Of a stretch of 64,000 bases of DNA, positions 9,030-18,686 are shown one piece after another. The notes under the pieces are model-generated. The model was not told where the DNA came from. It made no database searches and saw only the letters and a list, made by a program, of their open reading frames with translations. This DNA comes from an uncultured Candidatus Saccharibacteria bacterium (lineage in GTDB: Bacteria; Patescibacteriota; Minisyncoccia; UBA6257; WO2-44-18): assembly GCA_964637575.1 (NCBI GenBank), contig CAZWVU010000003.1:1586-65585 (forward strand), read 5' to 3'. The position numbers were made by a program, and so were the translations under genes. Numbering within the stretch: the first letter of the stretch is position 1; every line of letters begins with the position of its first letter.

Positions 9030-9653
9030 ATGGCGAAGAGGGAGATGTCTCTGCTCGCAAGGATGTATACCAAGTTGGTCAACGCCGTGTTGAGTCGCGG
9101 CGGCAAAGAAGAAGACGTGCGACGTCTGGTATCGATCCGGAGCCGCCGTCCCATCACCAGCGTCGCGGACGCCATCGTCGGCATCCGGACTCCGGCTTCC
9201 AACGGAATTTTCACGGTCACGGTGGATTCCCGCCAGTCATTCCGGGAGCTTGCCGGAAAATTCCATCATCTTGACCGGGATATCAGGCGGGAACAGGCCT
9301 CGCCTCCTTCGGAAGGACAGCAAAAACTTGAGTTGGAACTGTATCATCCGGACGAAGAGATACTTCCGCGCGAAGTAGTTGTCATATGCAAAAAGCGCGG
9401 ATGGCGGATGGCGAACACCTGGGAGCTCATGGTCTTCGTCGATTGGTACATAGAATGGATCAGAAAAGAGAAGCCCTTCTTTCCGATTTTTGCCCTCGGC
9501 GATCCCTGGAGATCCGCGGAGAAAGGAAGTTGCGGACGCATCGCCGTCTTCAACAACTATCCCGATGGCCGGCGCGAGCTTCATTCCGACTGGTTCGACA
9601 GCGTCCGCAATCACCTCGACCGCTTTCTTGTGGTGAAAGAAAAGCAGCCCTGA
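9030..9653 (+). CDS. Hypothetical protein
   Basis: ORF with GGAG RBS 5 nt upstream of ATG 9030, followed by a terminator. No recognisable domain. Confidence 0.5.
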   Translation: MAKREMSLLARMYTKLVNAVLSRGGKEEDVRRLVSIRSRRPITSVADAIVGIRTPASNGIFTVTVDSRQSFRELAGKFHHLDRDIRREQASPPSEGQQKLELELYHPDEEILPREVVVICKKRGWRMANTWELMVFVDWYIEWIRKEKPFFPIFALGDPWRSAEKGSCGRIAVFNNYPDGRRELHSDWFDSVRNHLDRFLVVKEKQP

Positions 9654-9660
9654 TTCCATA

Positions 9661-9692
9661 AAGGCCCCGATCTTTCGGGCCTTTTTATTTTG
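9661..9692 (+). terminator. Rho-independent terminator
   Basis: aaggccccgatctttcgggcctt hairpin plus tttattttg. Confidence 0.7.
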
Positions 9693-9710
9693 TGATACCC
9701 TAGTGGAGTA

Positions 9711-10193
9711 ATGAGAAAAGTAATTTCCGCGGGTATTATTATTTTCCGGAAATCCCGGGAGGGGATAAAATTTTTACTGCTGTACCATGGGCGCAATTAT
9801 TGGAATTTCCCGAAAGGAAAGCTGGAAGCGGCCGAGCGCAGCTGGCAGGCAGCCTTCCGGGAAGTGCAGGAAGAGACCGGCTTGAAGCAGTCGGAGCTGC
9901 GGATCGTCGAGAATTTCAAGACCTACGAACGGTTCAGTTTCGGCAAGGCTCCCAACCGGGTCTTCAAGATTGTCATTTTGTATCTCGCCGAAACCAAACA
10001 GCCGAATATTGCGGTATCTTATGAGCACGATGGATATGCCTGGTTCACCTTCTCTGAAGCCAAGAGCATTCTTGCCAAGTATCCGGAAAATGTCCGCATT
10101 CTCACCACTGCCCATGACTTTCTCCGAAAAGGTTTACAGAGTCGTAGCCGGAATCCCGAAAGGAAAAGTCCTCACGTACCGGGAAGTCGCTAA
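9711..10193 (+). CDS. NUDIX hydrolase
   Basis: NUDIX box GKLEAAERSWQAAFREVQEETGL. The C-terminal tail overlaps the next gene in another frame. Confidence 0.75.
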   Translation: MRKVISAGIIIFRKSREGIKFLLLYHGRNYWNFPKGKLEAAERSWQAAFREVQEETGLKQSELRIVENFKTYERFSFGKAPNRVFKIVILYLAETKQPNIAVSYEHDGYAWFTFSEAKSILAKYPENVRILTTAHDFLRKGLQSRSRNPERKSPHVPGSR

Positions 10194-10368
10194 GCGCGCC
10201 GGTTCGCCGCGCGCCTGCCGCGCGGTCGGGAATATCCTCAATAAAAACACCGATACCAAACGGGTGCCTTGCCATCGGGTGATCCGTTCGGACGGAACCC
10301 CTGGCGGCTACGCCTGGGGAAGCGCCAGAAAAAAGAAACTCCTTCGGGAGGAAGGAGTTTCTTTTTGA
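10114..10368 (+). CDS. MGMT-family methylated-DNA–protein-cysteine methyltransferase, C-terminal domain only
   Basis: Carries the conserved active-site motif VPCHRVI followed by SDG..GGY, with an upstream HTH-like YREVA. It overlaps the NUDIX ORF by ~80 nt in a different frame. Confidence 0.7.
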   Translation: MTFSEKVYRVVAGIPKGKVLTYREVAKRAGSPRACRAVGNILNKNTDTKRVPCHRVIRSDGTPGGYAWGSARKKKLLREEGVSF

Positions 10369-10370
10369 TT

Positions 10371-10715
10371 TTACTTTACCGCCGCCATTACTTTCTCGAA
10401 AACTTTCGGTTCATGTTCGGCGAGCATTGCGAGCGACTTCCGGTCGAGCGCGATCCCTTTTTTCTTCAGCGCCGGGATCAGCTGGCTGTATTTCATCCCG
10501 GAAGCGCGGCTCATGGAATTGATTTTCACATTCCAGAGCGTCCGGAAGTTGCGCTTCTTTTCCTTGCGGCCGCGGAACGCGTGCTCCCAGGCGTGCAGGA
10601 GCGCTTCTTTGGCGAGCGCTTCTTTGGCTTTGCGGCCCCAGCGGAAGCCCTTGGTGTATTTGAGGGTGGCTTTTCTCTTTTTGTGGGCGACGATGCCCCG
10701 TTTAACTCTGGTCAT
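10371..10715 (-). CDS. rplT: 50S ribosomal protein L20
   Basis: MTRVKRG…KKRK…LKYTKGFRW is the L20 signature. Confidence 0.9.
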   Translation of the reverse strand: MTRVKRGIVAHKKRKATLKYTKGFRWGRKAKEALAKEALLHAWEHAFRGRKEKKRNFRTLWNVKINSMSRASGMKYSQLIPALKKKGIALDRKSLAMLAEHEPKVFEKVMAAVK

Positions 10716-10717
10716 GG

Positions 10718-10924
10718 TTAGTGCGTGAAGGAAACTCCGTAATTTTTAATAAACTTTTTTCCGTCGACTTTGCTGACGGAGGTGCCGTTTTCCTGGCGTT
10801 TGCGGTGAAGTTCCCGGCTGCTTTTCTTGGATCGAAAATGGCCGATGCCCATTTTTCGGCGGATCAGCTTCCCGTTTTTGGTAACTTTAATTCGGTCTTT
10901 TACGCTGTCTTTAGTCATAGTCAT
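10718..10924 (-). CDS. rpmI: 50S ribosomal protein L35
   Basis: Small basic protein sitting between infC and rplT, with K/R-rich L35-like sequence. Start trimmed to the internal Met to avoid overlap with infC. Confidence 0.8.
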   Translation of the reverse strand: MTMTKDSVKDRIKVTKNGKLIRRKMGIGHFRSKKSSRELHRKRQENGTSVSKVDGKKFIKNYGVSFTH

Positions 10925-10934
10925 TGCTTCAGAA

Positions 10935-11423
10935 TTACTTTTTGGTGACATGCACCGTGATTCCGTATCCTCCCACTTTCGGCTCCATGGTTACTTTGTG
11001 CTCGGGAGTAATGATTTTCATGAATTCTCCCAGCTTTTCCCTCGCAAAATCCTTGTTGGCCTTTTCCCGGCCGCGGAGCGTCATCACAATTTCCACCTGA
11101 TTGCCCTCCTCCAAAAACTTGTTCACGCGTTCGGCTTTCATCTGAAGATCGTGCATAGCTTCCCGGATGCTGATCTGTACCTGCTTCATATCGCCGCCTT
11201 TCTGCTGAGCCCGCTGTTTCTTTATCCTTTTTTCCTGCTGATAGCGGAACTTGTCGTAGCTCATCAGGCGGGTAACGGGGGGTTTGGCGGAAGCGGCGAT
11301 CTCGATCAGGTCCAGTCCCTTCTCTTTGGCAAGCTTCAGGGCGTCGGCGATGTTCATTTTTCCGAGCATCTGTCCCGCCTCGTCAATCACCATTACTTCC
11401 GGGGACGATATTTGATTGTTAAT
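10935..11423 (-). CDS. infC: Translation initiation factor IF-3, probable AUU start
   Basis: IF3 motifs are present: …PEVMVIDEAGQ…LAKEKGLDLIEI…. In-frame upstream homology INNQISSPEV begins at an ATT codon (11421-11423), the classic IF3 autoregulatory start. Confidence 0.85.
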   Translation of the reverse strand: MNNQISSPEVMVIDEAGQMLGKMNIADALKLAKEKGLDLIEIAASAKPPVTRLMSYDKFRYQQEKRIKKQRAQQKGGDMKQVQISIREAMHDLQMKAERVNKFLEEGNQVEIVMTLRGREKANKDFAREKLGEFMKIITPEHKVTMEPKVGGYGITVHVTKK

Positions 11424-11760
11424 ACGTGGATTTTGGATAGTTCAAAATTTAACAGATTATTCTGCATGCGTCAACTCTGCTCGCAACCAGGAAATCCCCT
11501 AACCATCGCTCCGCCAACATTTTCGCCGACACGCTATCAATTTTCCCAGCGAGAAAATTGCGCTCGTTCTCGGCCTCGCTCGTCTCGCTCCGCGAGACAC
11601 CTGCCCGCTCGGCCTGCGAAACGGTCGGCTCAAACATTGGCGGAGCTCTTTTGGGAATCAGGGATTTTCTGGGGCTTACTAATCGTTTATGACGCCGGCC
11701 AGGCTGAACAATTTTGAACTATCCGGTGGGTTGGGTTTGAGCAGCGCGGAAGGAATAGCG

Positions 11761-13089
11761 TTAAAGGCCGAGCTTTCGCAAAACGTCTTTCGCTTGGCGG
11801 ACGGCATTATTGGTGCCGCGGTCGTCGGGATAGATCTGGGCCATCGTTGCCAGGTAACAATTGGGGATCGGCGTTTCGTATTCCGGGAGATTCCGGGAGT
11901 AGTTGATATCCACGACCGGCTGGGCGCACGGGTCTTTGAAAATATAATGCTCCTTTACCCATTCCGGCCGGAAGTCCTTGTTTATTTTCGGAAGATTGCG
12001 GAGATGCATTTCCAGAACTTCTTTTTCCGGCATCTGCATAATCGGATCTGCCGGATCGGGGTAATTCCCCAGATACACGATCGTGTTTCCGCCGTAATCA
12101 TCTTTCGGAACCAGATTGGTGTGCTCGATGACGGCAAGCAGGGGAATGTCCCGGTTGTTGACGTTAAGCCAGTAATATCCCTGCGGCATCAGGGATTTTT
12201 TCAGAACGAGGACGGTAACATGCGCGGCCCGGTAGCGGATGTTCGACAGGCGCGCGGCATACTCCTCCGGCAATCCTTTCGCGAGCCGCAGGAACACATT
12301 CATGGGCGTCGTAACAAAAACCTTGTCAAAAAATGTTTCCTGCCCGTCAATCGTCACCGCGACTGTATCTTTTGCAGACGCGATCGACTGGACGCTTACG
12401 CCGGTGCGCACCGTATTCCCCGCCGCCGCAATGGCGCGGGTCATGGCGTCCACGATCTGGCCGAAGCCGCCGCGCGGGTAGACCAGTTCTTCGCCCGCGC
12501 CGCTTGCGGTCCGGCTCCGGGCGCGCCAGTTGAGCCGGCTCCACATCCAGGCCATGGAAATTTCATCTTTATGATCCCCGAATTTTCCCCGCAGCAACGG
12601 TTCCCATACGACTTCATATGCTTTTTCGCCGGAGTGTTTTTTCAGCCAGTCGGCGGCGCGGACGCGGGAAAGCGGGCGGTAATCTTGGATGCGCCTGACG
12701 GCGAGAAGCGAGGCGCCGAGCCGGAGCCGGTCCAGAAACGGCAGAGGAGCGAATCCCAGGAGGTCTTTCGGCGTCGAGAAAGGGTAGATGGTTGTTCTAT
12801 GCCAGAGTCCCATGCGGCTTTTCGCGTACACCAGACGGTCGCCGAACCCGAGCTCTTCGGCAAGCGAAATAATATCGGCGTCGCGATTGGACCAGTGGTG
12901 ATAAAATCCTTCCAAGCCCGTGCCGGCCACTTTCAGCAGTCCGAGCAGCCCTCCCACATTCCGGTTTTTCTCGAGGAGGGTAACGGAAACGCGGGAATTT
13001 TTCGATAAAAAATATGCCAGGGCCAGGCCCTGGATACCGCCGCCCACCACCGCAATTTTGAGCGGTTTCATTTGGTTTGAATATACCAC
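11761..13089 (-). CDS. FAD-dependent oxidoreductase (amine oxidase / protoporphyrinogen-oxidase-like)
   Basis: N-terminal Rossmann motif KIAVVGGGIQGLALAY and an amine-oxidase-like body. The true start may be Met at 13071. Confidence 0.7.
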   Translation of the reverse strand: MVYSNQMKPLKIAVVGGGIQGLALAYFLSKNSRVSVTLLEKNRNVGGLLGLLKVAGTGLEGFYHHWSNRDADIISLAEELGFGDRLVYAKSRMGLWHRTTIYPFSTPKDLLGFAPLPFLDRLRLGASLLAVRRIQDYRPLSRVRAADWLKKHSGEKAYEVVWEPLLRGKFGDHKDEISMAWMWSRLNWRARSRTASGAGEELVYPRGGFGQIVDAMTRAIAAAGNTVRTGVSVQSIASAKDTVAVTIDGQETFFDKVFVTTPMNVFLRLAKGLPEEYAARLSNIRYRAAHVTVLVLKKSLMPQGYYWLNVNNRDIPLLAVIEHTNLVPKDDYGGNTIVYLGNYPDPADPIMQMPEKEVLEMHLRNLPKINKDFRPEWVKEHYIFKDPCAQPVVDINYSRNLPEYETPIPNCYLATMAQIYPDDRGTNNAVRQAKDVLRKLGL

Positions 13090-13110
13090 GCGATATATAA
13101 TGTAGGTATC

Positions 13111-14493
13111 GTGAAGAAGATCATTTTTACCTTCTCCTTGGTGCTTTCCGGTGCGGCTATCGCCTTCGCCCAGACGGGCGGATCGTCATCGGCCTCGTAT
13201 TGTAATCCGTTGTATCCAGGACAGAATCTGCCGGAAAACAGCGCTGCCGTGTCCGTGCGGATCGTCAACCCCGACTCCGCAGAAGTTAACGTGAAAGCGG
13301 TCTTTGATATTCCTTCTCAAATCACCCCGGTAAATCTGGGGCTTTTTGAATCATGGGATCCGCAAAGCCGGAAGCTCGGCATAGAGCTTGGGACGTTCCA
13401 GACTCACGAGACTAAGCAGCTCATCCTGGACTTTCAGGGATCGCCGGTGGCCTGCGTCGTGTACGGAACACTTTCCGGAGAGTGGTCTCCCAAACCCGTG
13501 GCAGGGCCGTCCACCTGGCAGAGCCAGATAAATTTTTCGGCGCTTATTCCTTCGTTCGGACCGGTGACGACCGGCGGGGGCGGCGTTTCGCCGACCAGTA
13601 TTGTGGACACAGTCCGCATTGATCCGCAGGTACAGTCGGCGGCGACTCCGGCGGCGGTGACCGCCGGCGCGCTCGGTGCCCTTGCGGCAAGCGCGGGGTT
13701 TCCCTGGTGGAATCTTCTCCATCTTTTCAATCTCGCGAGCATCGGATCGTTGAAGCGGAAGCCGCAAAAACCCTGGGGCGTGGTATTCGATAAAGCCACG
13801 AAGCAGCCGATCACCGACGCGACCGTAAAAGTCTATGACGCAGTTACCAACCGGCTGAAGGATTCGGCGCTTACCGATATCGACGGACGTTTCGGATTTC
13901 TTGTGCCGGCCGGTGCCTATTATCTGCACGTTACCCGGCCGGGGTTCGACGAATACCAGTCTCCGTTCGTGGACGTAAGCGACAAGGCGGAGGAAAAACT
14001 GAATATCGAAGTGCCGCTCGAAGGGAAATCTGTAAAGCACGCGCTTTTCGGCCGCGTGATCGGCTGGCTGAGGGACGTGCTGGACTATCTTAGTCCGTTT
14101 ATTTTAATCGTCGGCACGCTGGTGAGTGCGGTGGTAGTCGTTCTCTTTCCCAAACTGCTTCATTATATAGTGCTTGGCTTGTACCTGATTCTGGATATTC
14201 TGAAAATTATTCTGGACAGCATCGTTACCCGCTCGTTCGGGTCGGTGGTCGATAAAGATACGAAGCTGCCTCTTTCGCTCGCGGTGGTCCGCGTCTATGA
14301 AGTGCATCACGGCACCCTGTTGGCCACGCGGGTGACGAATCCGGAAGGCAAGTTCAAGTTTCTCGTTACTCCGGGAGAGTACTACATCACCTGCGCCCGC
14401 GACGGCTATATATCCTACACGTCGCCGCAGATGAACTTCCGCCGTTCCGATCTCATTAAACTGGATATTCCGCTGGAGCATGCATCGGCGTAA
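13111..14493 (+). CDS. Secreted/membrane protein with two carboxypeptidase-regulatory-like domains
   Basis: Signal peptide ends …AIAFAQT. Two copies of a DATVKVYD…DGRFGF…PGxYYL-type beta-sandwich motif, with TM stretches between them. Confidence 0.6.
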   Translation: MKKIIFTFSLVLSGAAIAFAQTGGSSSASYCNPLYPGQNLPENSAAVSVRIVNPDSAEVNVKAVFDIPSQITPVNLGLFESWDPQSRKLGIELGTFQTHETKQLILDFQGSPVACVVYGTLSGEWSPKPVAGPSTWQSQINFSALIPSFGPVTTGGGGVSPTSIVDTVRIDPQVQSAATPAAVTAGALGALAASAGFPWWNLLHLFNLASIGSLKRKPQKPWGVVFDKATKQPITDATVKVYDAVTNRLKDSALTDIDGRFGFLVPAGAYYLHVTRPGFDEYQSPFVDVSDKAEEKLNIEVPLEGKSVKHALFGRVIGWLRDVLDYLSPFILIVGTLVSAVVVVLFPKLLHYIVLGLYLILDILKIILDSIVTRSFGSVVDKDTKLPLSLAVVRVYEVHHGTLLATRVTNPEGKFKFLVTPGEYYITCARDGYISYTSPQMNFRRSDLIKLDIPLEHASA

Positions 14494-15784
14494 CGCATTA
14501 CTGGGAATTTTTTGGGGACTGGCGGCCCTGTCTTCGCCGGCGGCATTTGCCCAGGGAACCGTGGGGGACATCGGGAAGAATTATGAAATCCCCAGTTTTC
14601 CCGAATTTATATATTCGCTTCTTCCTCCGCCGGTTGTTTCCGGAACGGCCGCGCAGGCGCCGGTGCAGACCATTCCGAATTACGTCGACCAGTTTACTTA
14701 TGGCACCTGCGCGCCGTCGCCACAGCATTGCGATCTGGACGGCGTGGTCAATTCCGACAATAAAACGTACCGCCTGAACTGGATCTGCGAGGGGTATCCC
14801 GGCGGCTGCACGATTACCAAAAACAAAAAGCCGCTGATGAGCGTCGGGGGCACCGGATTTCTGGACGATCTGCCGATTGCGTCTTCCGCCGATGAGGTGG
14901 TGTTCGATCTTGCTGCGGTTGGCGACAGCTGCACTGACCGGTGGAGCTTTGTCCCGCCGCCGGGAGCGGGACCGCCGGCGCCGGCTCCTTCGTCCGCATG
15001 CCCGAACACCAATCAGCAGACGATCACCAGCCATTTCACTAAATTTTCCAATAATAAACTTATCTCCGGATTTTTCCCGCGCTTCCATTTTGTCGCCGAC
15101 AGCAACGGCACCGTCAGCATGAGCGCCACGGTCAGCCAATTCCTCGGCGGGCCGTGTCTTTCGCCGCAGTTCCGGGCATATCTTACCGACGGACCGATCC
15201 AGATCACGGATTTTATTAACGGCGTCGTCGGATCGCCCATGGCGCTTCCTCCGTTGAGTGTGACCGGCGGCAGCGTGCATAATCTTCAGCTGAACATTCT
15301 TACCAATTGCGCCGCGGGCCCCGTGGAATCGCTCGCGGATCTCGGCGACGTTTCCTTTACGCTTTCCGGTCCACTCGGCCCGTATTGCCCGATTACGCAG
15401 ACCGCGAGCAGTCTGAGCGTCACCTATAATAACAACCTTCTTTCATCAGGGTCGCTTCCGCTGATCAGCTTTACCCCGGCGACCAACGAGCGCGTGACGG
15501 CGACTGTCTCGGTCGGCGGCTTTGTCGGGGGAGCGTGTCTGACGCCGGCGTACCGGATTCATTTGTATGACAACGGCAATCCGATGCCGACGGGATTGCC
15601 GGTGCAGGATACCGTGGACGGAATAAACGGCGGCTGGTCCTGGACGTGGCCGGACTTTATTGATACCGCGCCGGGCAGTCACGTCATTCAGGTGGGCGCT
15701 GAAACTAACTGCACGAGCGGAACGTTCCAATCCACCCTCACGCTGAATAATATTTCCCTGAACGTGACAAGAAATCCCCAATAA
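14480..15784 (+). CDS. Secreted Cys-containing hypothetical protein
   Basis: Signal peptide ends …AAFAQG. Pro-rich linker, several Cys. Confidence 0.55.
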   Translation: MHRRNALLGIFWGLAALSSPAAFAQGTVGDIGKNYEIPSFPEFIYSLLPPPVVSGTAAQAPVQTIPNYVDQFTYGTCAPSPQHCDLDGVVNSDNKTYRLNWICEGYPGGCTITKNKKPLMSVGGTGFLDDLPIASSADEVVFDLAAVGDSCTDRWSFVPPPGAGPPAPAPSSACPNTNQQTITSHFTKFSNNKLISGFFPRFHFVADSNGTVSMSATVSQFLGGPCLSPQFRAYLTDGPIQITDFINGVVGSPMALPPLSVTGGSVHNLQLNILTNCAAGPVESLADLGDVSFTLSGPLGPYCPITQTASSLSVTYNNNLLSSGSLPLISFTPATNERVTATVSVGGFVGGACLTPAYRIHLYDNGNPMPTGLPVQDTVDGINGGWSWTWPDFIDTAPGSHVIQVGAETNCTSGTFQSTLTLNNISLNVTRNPQ

Positions 15785-15785
15785 C

Positions 15786-16838
15786 ATGAAAACGATTAAA
15801 AAAATAACGGTCATTGCCGCCGGGCTGCTCTCGCTCTATTCCGCCGTGGCCTTTGCCCAAACCACCGTCAACGGCAACAATAATCTCACGATCGTCCTGC
15901 CTCCGCCGCCCCAGGCGTTTCAGTACCAGCTTCCCGCACCCCCTCCGCTTACCACGATCGTCGACATAATCCGGAATTTTTTCATTCCGCCGGTCTGCCC
16001 CGTGCCGCTGCCCCAATGCAATGTATCGTTGAAGGACGTAAGCGATCCGTCAAATAATTTCACACTCTCCGCCGTGTGCACCGGAGGATTGGCGCCCTGC
16101 ACGCTGTACGAAACGAAGTCTCCGCCCAAACCGATCAGCGTGTTTCAGGGAAACTTCACGGCGAATCTGAACCTTGATGAGATCGGCGCGCCGGCGGTAA
16201 CCTACACGATCAAGGACAAGCATAACCAGGTGTGCAACTGGGTGATCGCGCATGCCTTCGTGCCAGGCACTCCGCCGCCGGGCCAGTCAATCGCGCTTGA
16301 TGAAAGCGGCTACCGCTTTTTCGCCAACGCCGATTCCGTGACGCCGGGAAGTCCGCTTGCCGGTCTGAACACCGCGCCAAGCATGGTTAAAAATTCCACC
16401 TTCCGCGCCAGGATTCTTGTCCAGGTGACCAATCAGGCGCTCGCGCTGAACGGCCAGAGTTTCAAGCTGCAATTCGGTACAAAGGTGAGTACCTGCTCCG
16501 CGATCGGTTCCTGGACAGATGTCGCGTCCGGTTCCGGCGCCATCCGCTACAATAACAACGCCACTCCCGCCGATGGCGACCCGCTTGGCGTCACCGCCAA
16601 CGACCCGACGCACGATACCGACACGATCGTGAACCAGACATACGAAGAAGCCAATAATTTTATCAACTCGCAGGGAGCCGTACCCGCGGGACAGGACGGC
16701 CACTGGGATTTTTCACTCACTCATTTCTTTTCCGGGACCAGCTTCTCCAACACAACCTATTGTCTGCGTATCGTGAAAGCGGACGGCACCACTCTGGATA
16801 GTTACAGCCAGTATCCGGAACTCAATGTCACGAATTAA
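15786..16838 (+). CDS. Secreted hypothetical protein (paralogous N-terminus to preceding gene)
   Basis: Signal peptide ends …VAFAQT. Pro-rich region and Cys pattern similar to 14480..15784. Confidence 0.55.
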   Translation: MKTIKKITVIAAGLLSLYSAVAFAQTTVNGNNNLTIVLPPPPQAFQYQLPAPPPLTTIVDIIRNFFIPPVCPVPLPQCNVSLKDVSDPSNNFTLSAVCTGGLAPCTLYETKSPPKPISVFQGNFTANLNLDEIGAPAVTYTIKDKHNQVCNWVIAHAFVPGTPPPGQSIALDESGYRFFANADSVTPGSPLAGLNTAPSMVKNSTFRARILVQVTNQALALNGQSFKLQFGTKVSTCSAIGSWTDVASGSGAIRYNNNATPADGDPLGVTANDPTHDTDTIVNQTYEEANNFINSQGAVPAGQDGHWDFSLTHFFSGTSFSNTTYCLRIVKADGTTLDSYSQYPELNVTN

Positions 16839-18324
16839 ATCCCTGCTCCGGTTCCGCTGGCAGATCGCGCTTGGCATTCTGATGGCGGCCTACGCCGGAT
16901 ATTTTTCCTGGATGTCGCTCGCGCGCTACTACGATCTCGGCGCGCGTCACCTTGACCTCGGTGTGCTCCACCAGGCGGCCTACAATACCTATCGCGGCAT
17001 CCTTACCGGCGATGTAAGCCGGATTATGGAAGTTACCAAGGAATATGAATCGCCGCAGATCAATTTTCTCGGCTGGCACAACGACGTCCTGCACGGGCTT
17101 CTCTCGCTGACCTACCTCATCCATCCCGGTCCGCAGAATTTCCTCATACTCCAATCCCTGGCGCTCGCCCTCGGTGCCTGGGCCGTGTTCAAGATTGTCC
17201 AGCTGTTGTTCGCCGATGCCTCGCGCCGCGACGCCATCGCCTTTGTTTTTGCCGCGGCCTATCTTCTCTACCCGCCGCTCGAGCGCACCAATCTTTTTGA
17301 CTATCACAGCTTCGTCCTGGTCACGCCGCTGATTCTTTTCATGGTGTATTGCGCGCTGACCAGACGGTACGTCTGGGCGGCGGGGCTGTTCGCGGCGGCC
17401 TTGCTCACCCGGGAAAATGTCGGTCTGACGACGGCACTTTTGGGAGGGTATTTCATCTGGAAGGCCGGGAAGACCGGCGACCGCCCGCTTTTCAAATTCG
17501 GCCTGGGCGTGGCCGCGGCCAGCGTCGTCTGGTTTCTGCTTTCCATGTATGTCATCATCCCGTATTTCCGCGGCGGCGGGCATTTCGCGCTGGATTTTTA
17601 CGGCGACTTCGGCGCGACGCCGCTGGGCGTCGTCGCCGGCGTCTTCACCAAGCCGGCGACCGTGTTTTCCTACCTCGCGCGGCCGGATACGCTGCAATAT
17701 TTTCTTTCCGTTCTTGGCCCGCTCGGATTTCTCTCGCTGTATTCGTCGGTGCATCTCCTGATCGCTTCGCCGGAATTCGGCCTGGATCTTCTTTCCAACC
17801 AGTGGTACATGCGGGAGACGCTCTGGCACTACACGGCGCTCGTCCAGCCGTTCGTCATCCTCGCCGCAATCTACGGCGCTAAAAAAATATTTGACCGGGT
17901 CCGCCGGACGCGGTCGGAAAGATTGGCGGCGGGGCTGATCATCGGCTGGGTGCTGTTTTCCTCGCTGTCCTTCGCGTATCTGGAAGGCCCCACTGTCTTC
18001 GGCCGTGAATACCGGACGCCGATTTTTTCCACCTATCCCGAGGCGTATCCGGAAGCGCTCGTTTGGAGCGAAAAACTGAAAGACGAGAATATAAAAGTTT
18101 CCGCTTCGAGCAACCTCGCCCTGCTCTTCTCTGGCCGGAAATATTTTTACGTCTTCTTCAACAATTACCGCCAGGCGGATTACGTGATCGTGAATCCCCA
18201 CGAGTTTATCAATGACCAGCTTTTCACCCAGGTCTATGGCACGCTTACAAAAGATTCTGAATTCGTCCTTATCTCTAAATCCGTGAATCTGGAGGTCTAC
18301 AAAAAGAAAACCGCCGACCGCTAA
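16825..18324 (+). CDS. Polytopic membrane protein, DUF2079/GT-C-like
   Basis: About 12 TM helices. The N-terminal YYDLGARHLDLGVLHQA motif is reminiscent of DUF2079 membrane glycosyltransferase-like proteins. Confidence 0.55.
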   Translation: MSRIKSLLRFRWQIALGILMAAYAGYFSWMSLARYYDLGARHLDLGVLHQAAYNTYRGILTGDVSRIMEVTKEYESPQINFLGWHNDVLHGLLSLTYLIHPGPQNFLILQSLALALGAWAVFKIVQLLFADASRRDAIAFVFAAAYLLYPPLERTNLFDYHSFVLVTPLILFMVYCALTRRYVWAAGLFAAALLTRENVGLTTALLGGYFIWKAGKTGDRPLFKFGLGVAAASVVWFLLSMYVIIPYFRGGGHFALDFYGDFGATPLGVVAGVFTKPATVFSYLARPDTLQYFLSVLGPLGFLSLYSSVHLLIASPEFGLDLLSNQWYMRETLWHYTALVQPFVILAAIYGAKKIFDRVRRTRSERLAAGLIIGWVLFSSLSFAYLEGPTVFGREYRTPIFSTYPEAYPEALVWSEKLKDENIKVSASSNLALLFSGRKYFYVFFNNYRQADYVIVNPHEFINDQLFTQVYGTLTKDSEFVLISKSVNLEVYKKKTADR

Positions 18325-18560
18325 ACTAATCGTTTGCGCGCGAAAGCAAAACCAGAACCAGATTTGAGATATTTCTCAAAATCCAATGCTCTGAGCTTAT
18401 TACCGAAACCGCAAAACCAAATTAATCTGAAAGGCGCCTTAGAGGAGGAATACCGCGTTAAGTACGAATTATGCTCTTTGATTCTCTGTTGGAGATTGGC
18501 TGTCATTCCCGTGTAGTAACTTTTATCTTTCTGGCTTCGTAAGATATATACGTAATACAT
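18321..18560 (-). CDS. GIY-YIG domain small protein (COG2827/UPF0213-like)
   Basis: The N-terminal YYVYILRS…YYTGMTANLQQRIKEH matches the GIY-YIG motif pattern; 79 aa. Confidence 0.75.
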   Translation of the reverse strand: MYYVYILRSQKDKSYYTGMTANLQQRIKEHNSYLTRYSSSKAPFRLIWFCGFGNKLRALDFEKYLKSGSGFAFARKRLV

Positions 18561-18631
18561 GAGAAGAAATTAACAGAAGCCCTCCTTCGCGTAAAGCTTC
18601 GGATGGGCACTTCTTCGCAAAAGAAAAAAAT

Positions 18632-18660
18632 CCTCTTGAGAGGATTTTTTTCTAGTGCTG
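18632..18660 (-). terminator. Bidirectional hairpin terminator downstream of tmRNA
   Basis: aaaaaaatcctcttgagaggattttttt. Confidence 0.6.
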
Positions 18661-18686
18661 CGCACTTCGTAGCTTTAGCGAAGAAG

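Noticed and set aside
11689-13008. 439 aa plus-strand ORF
   Set aside because: Antisense to the FAD-dependent oxidoreductase gene.
16828-18201. 457 aa minus-strand ORF
   Set aside because: Antisense to the DUF2079-like membrane protein gene. Arg/Gly-rich, typical GC-frame artefact.
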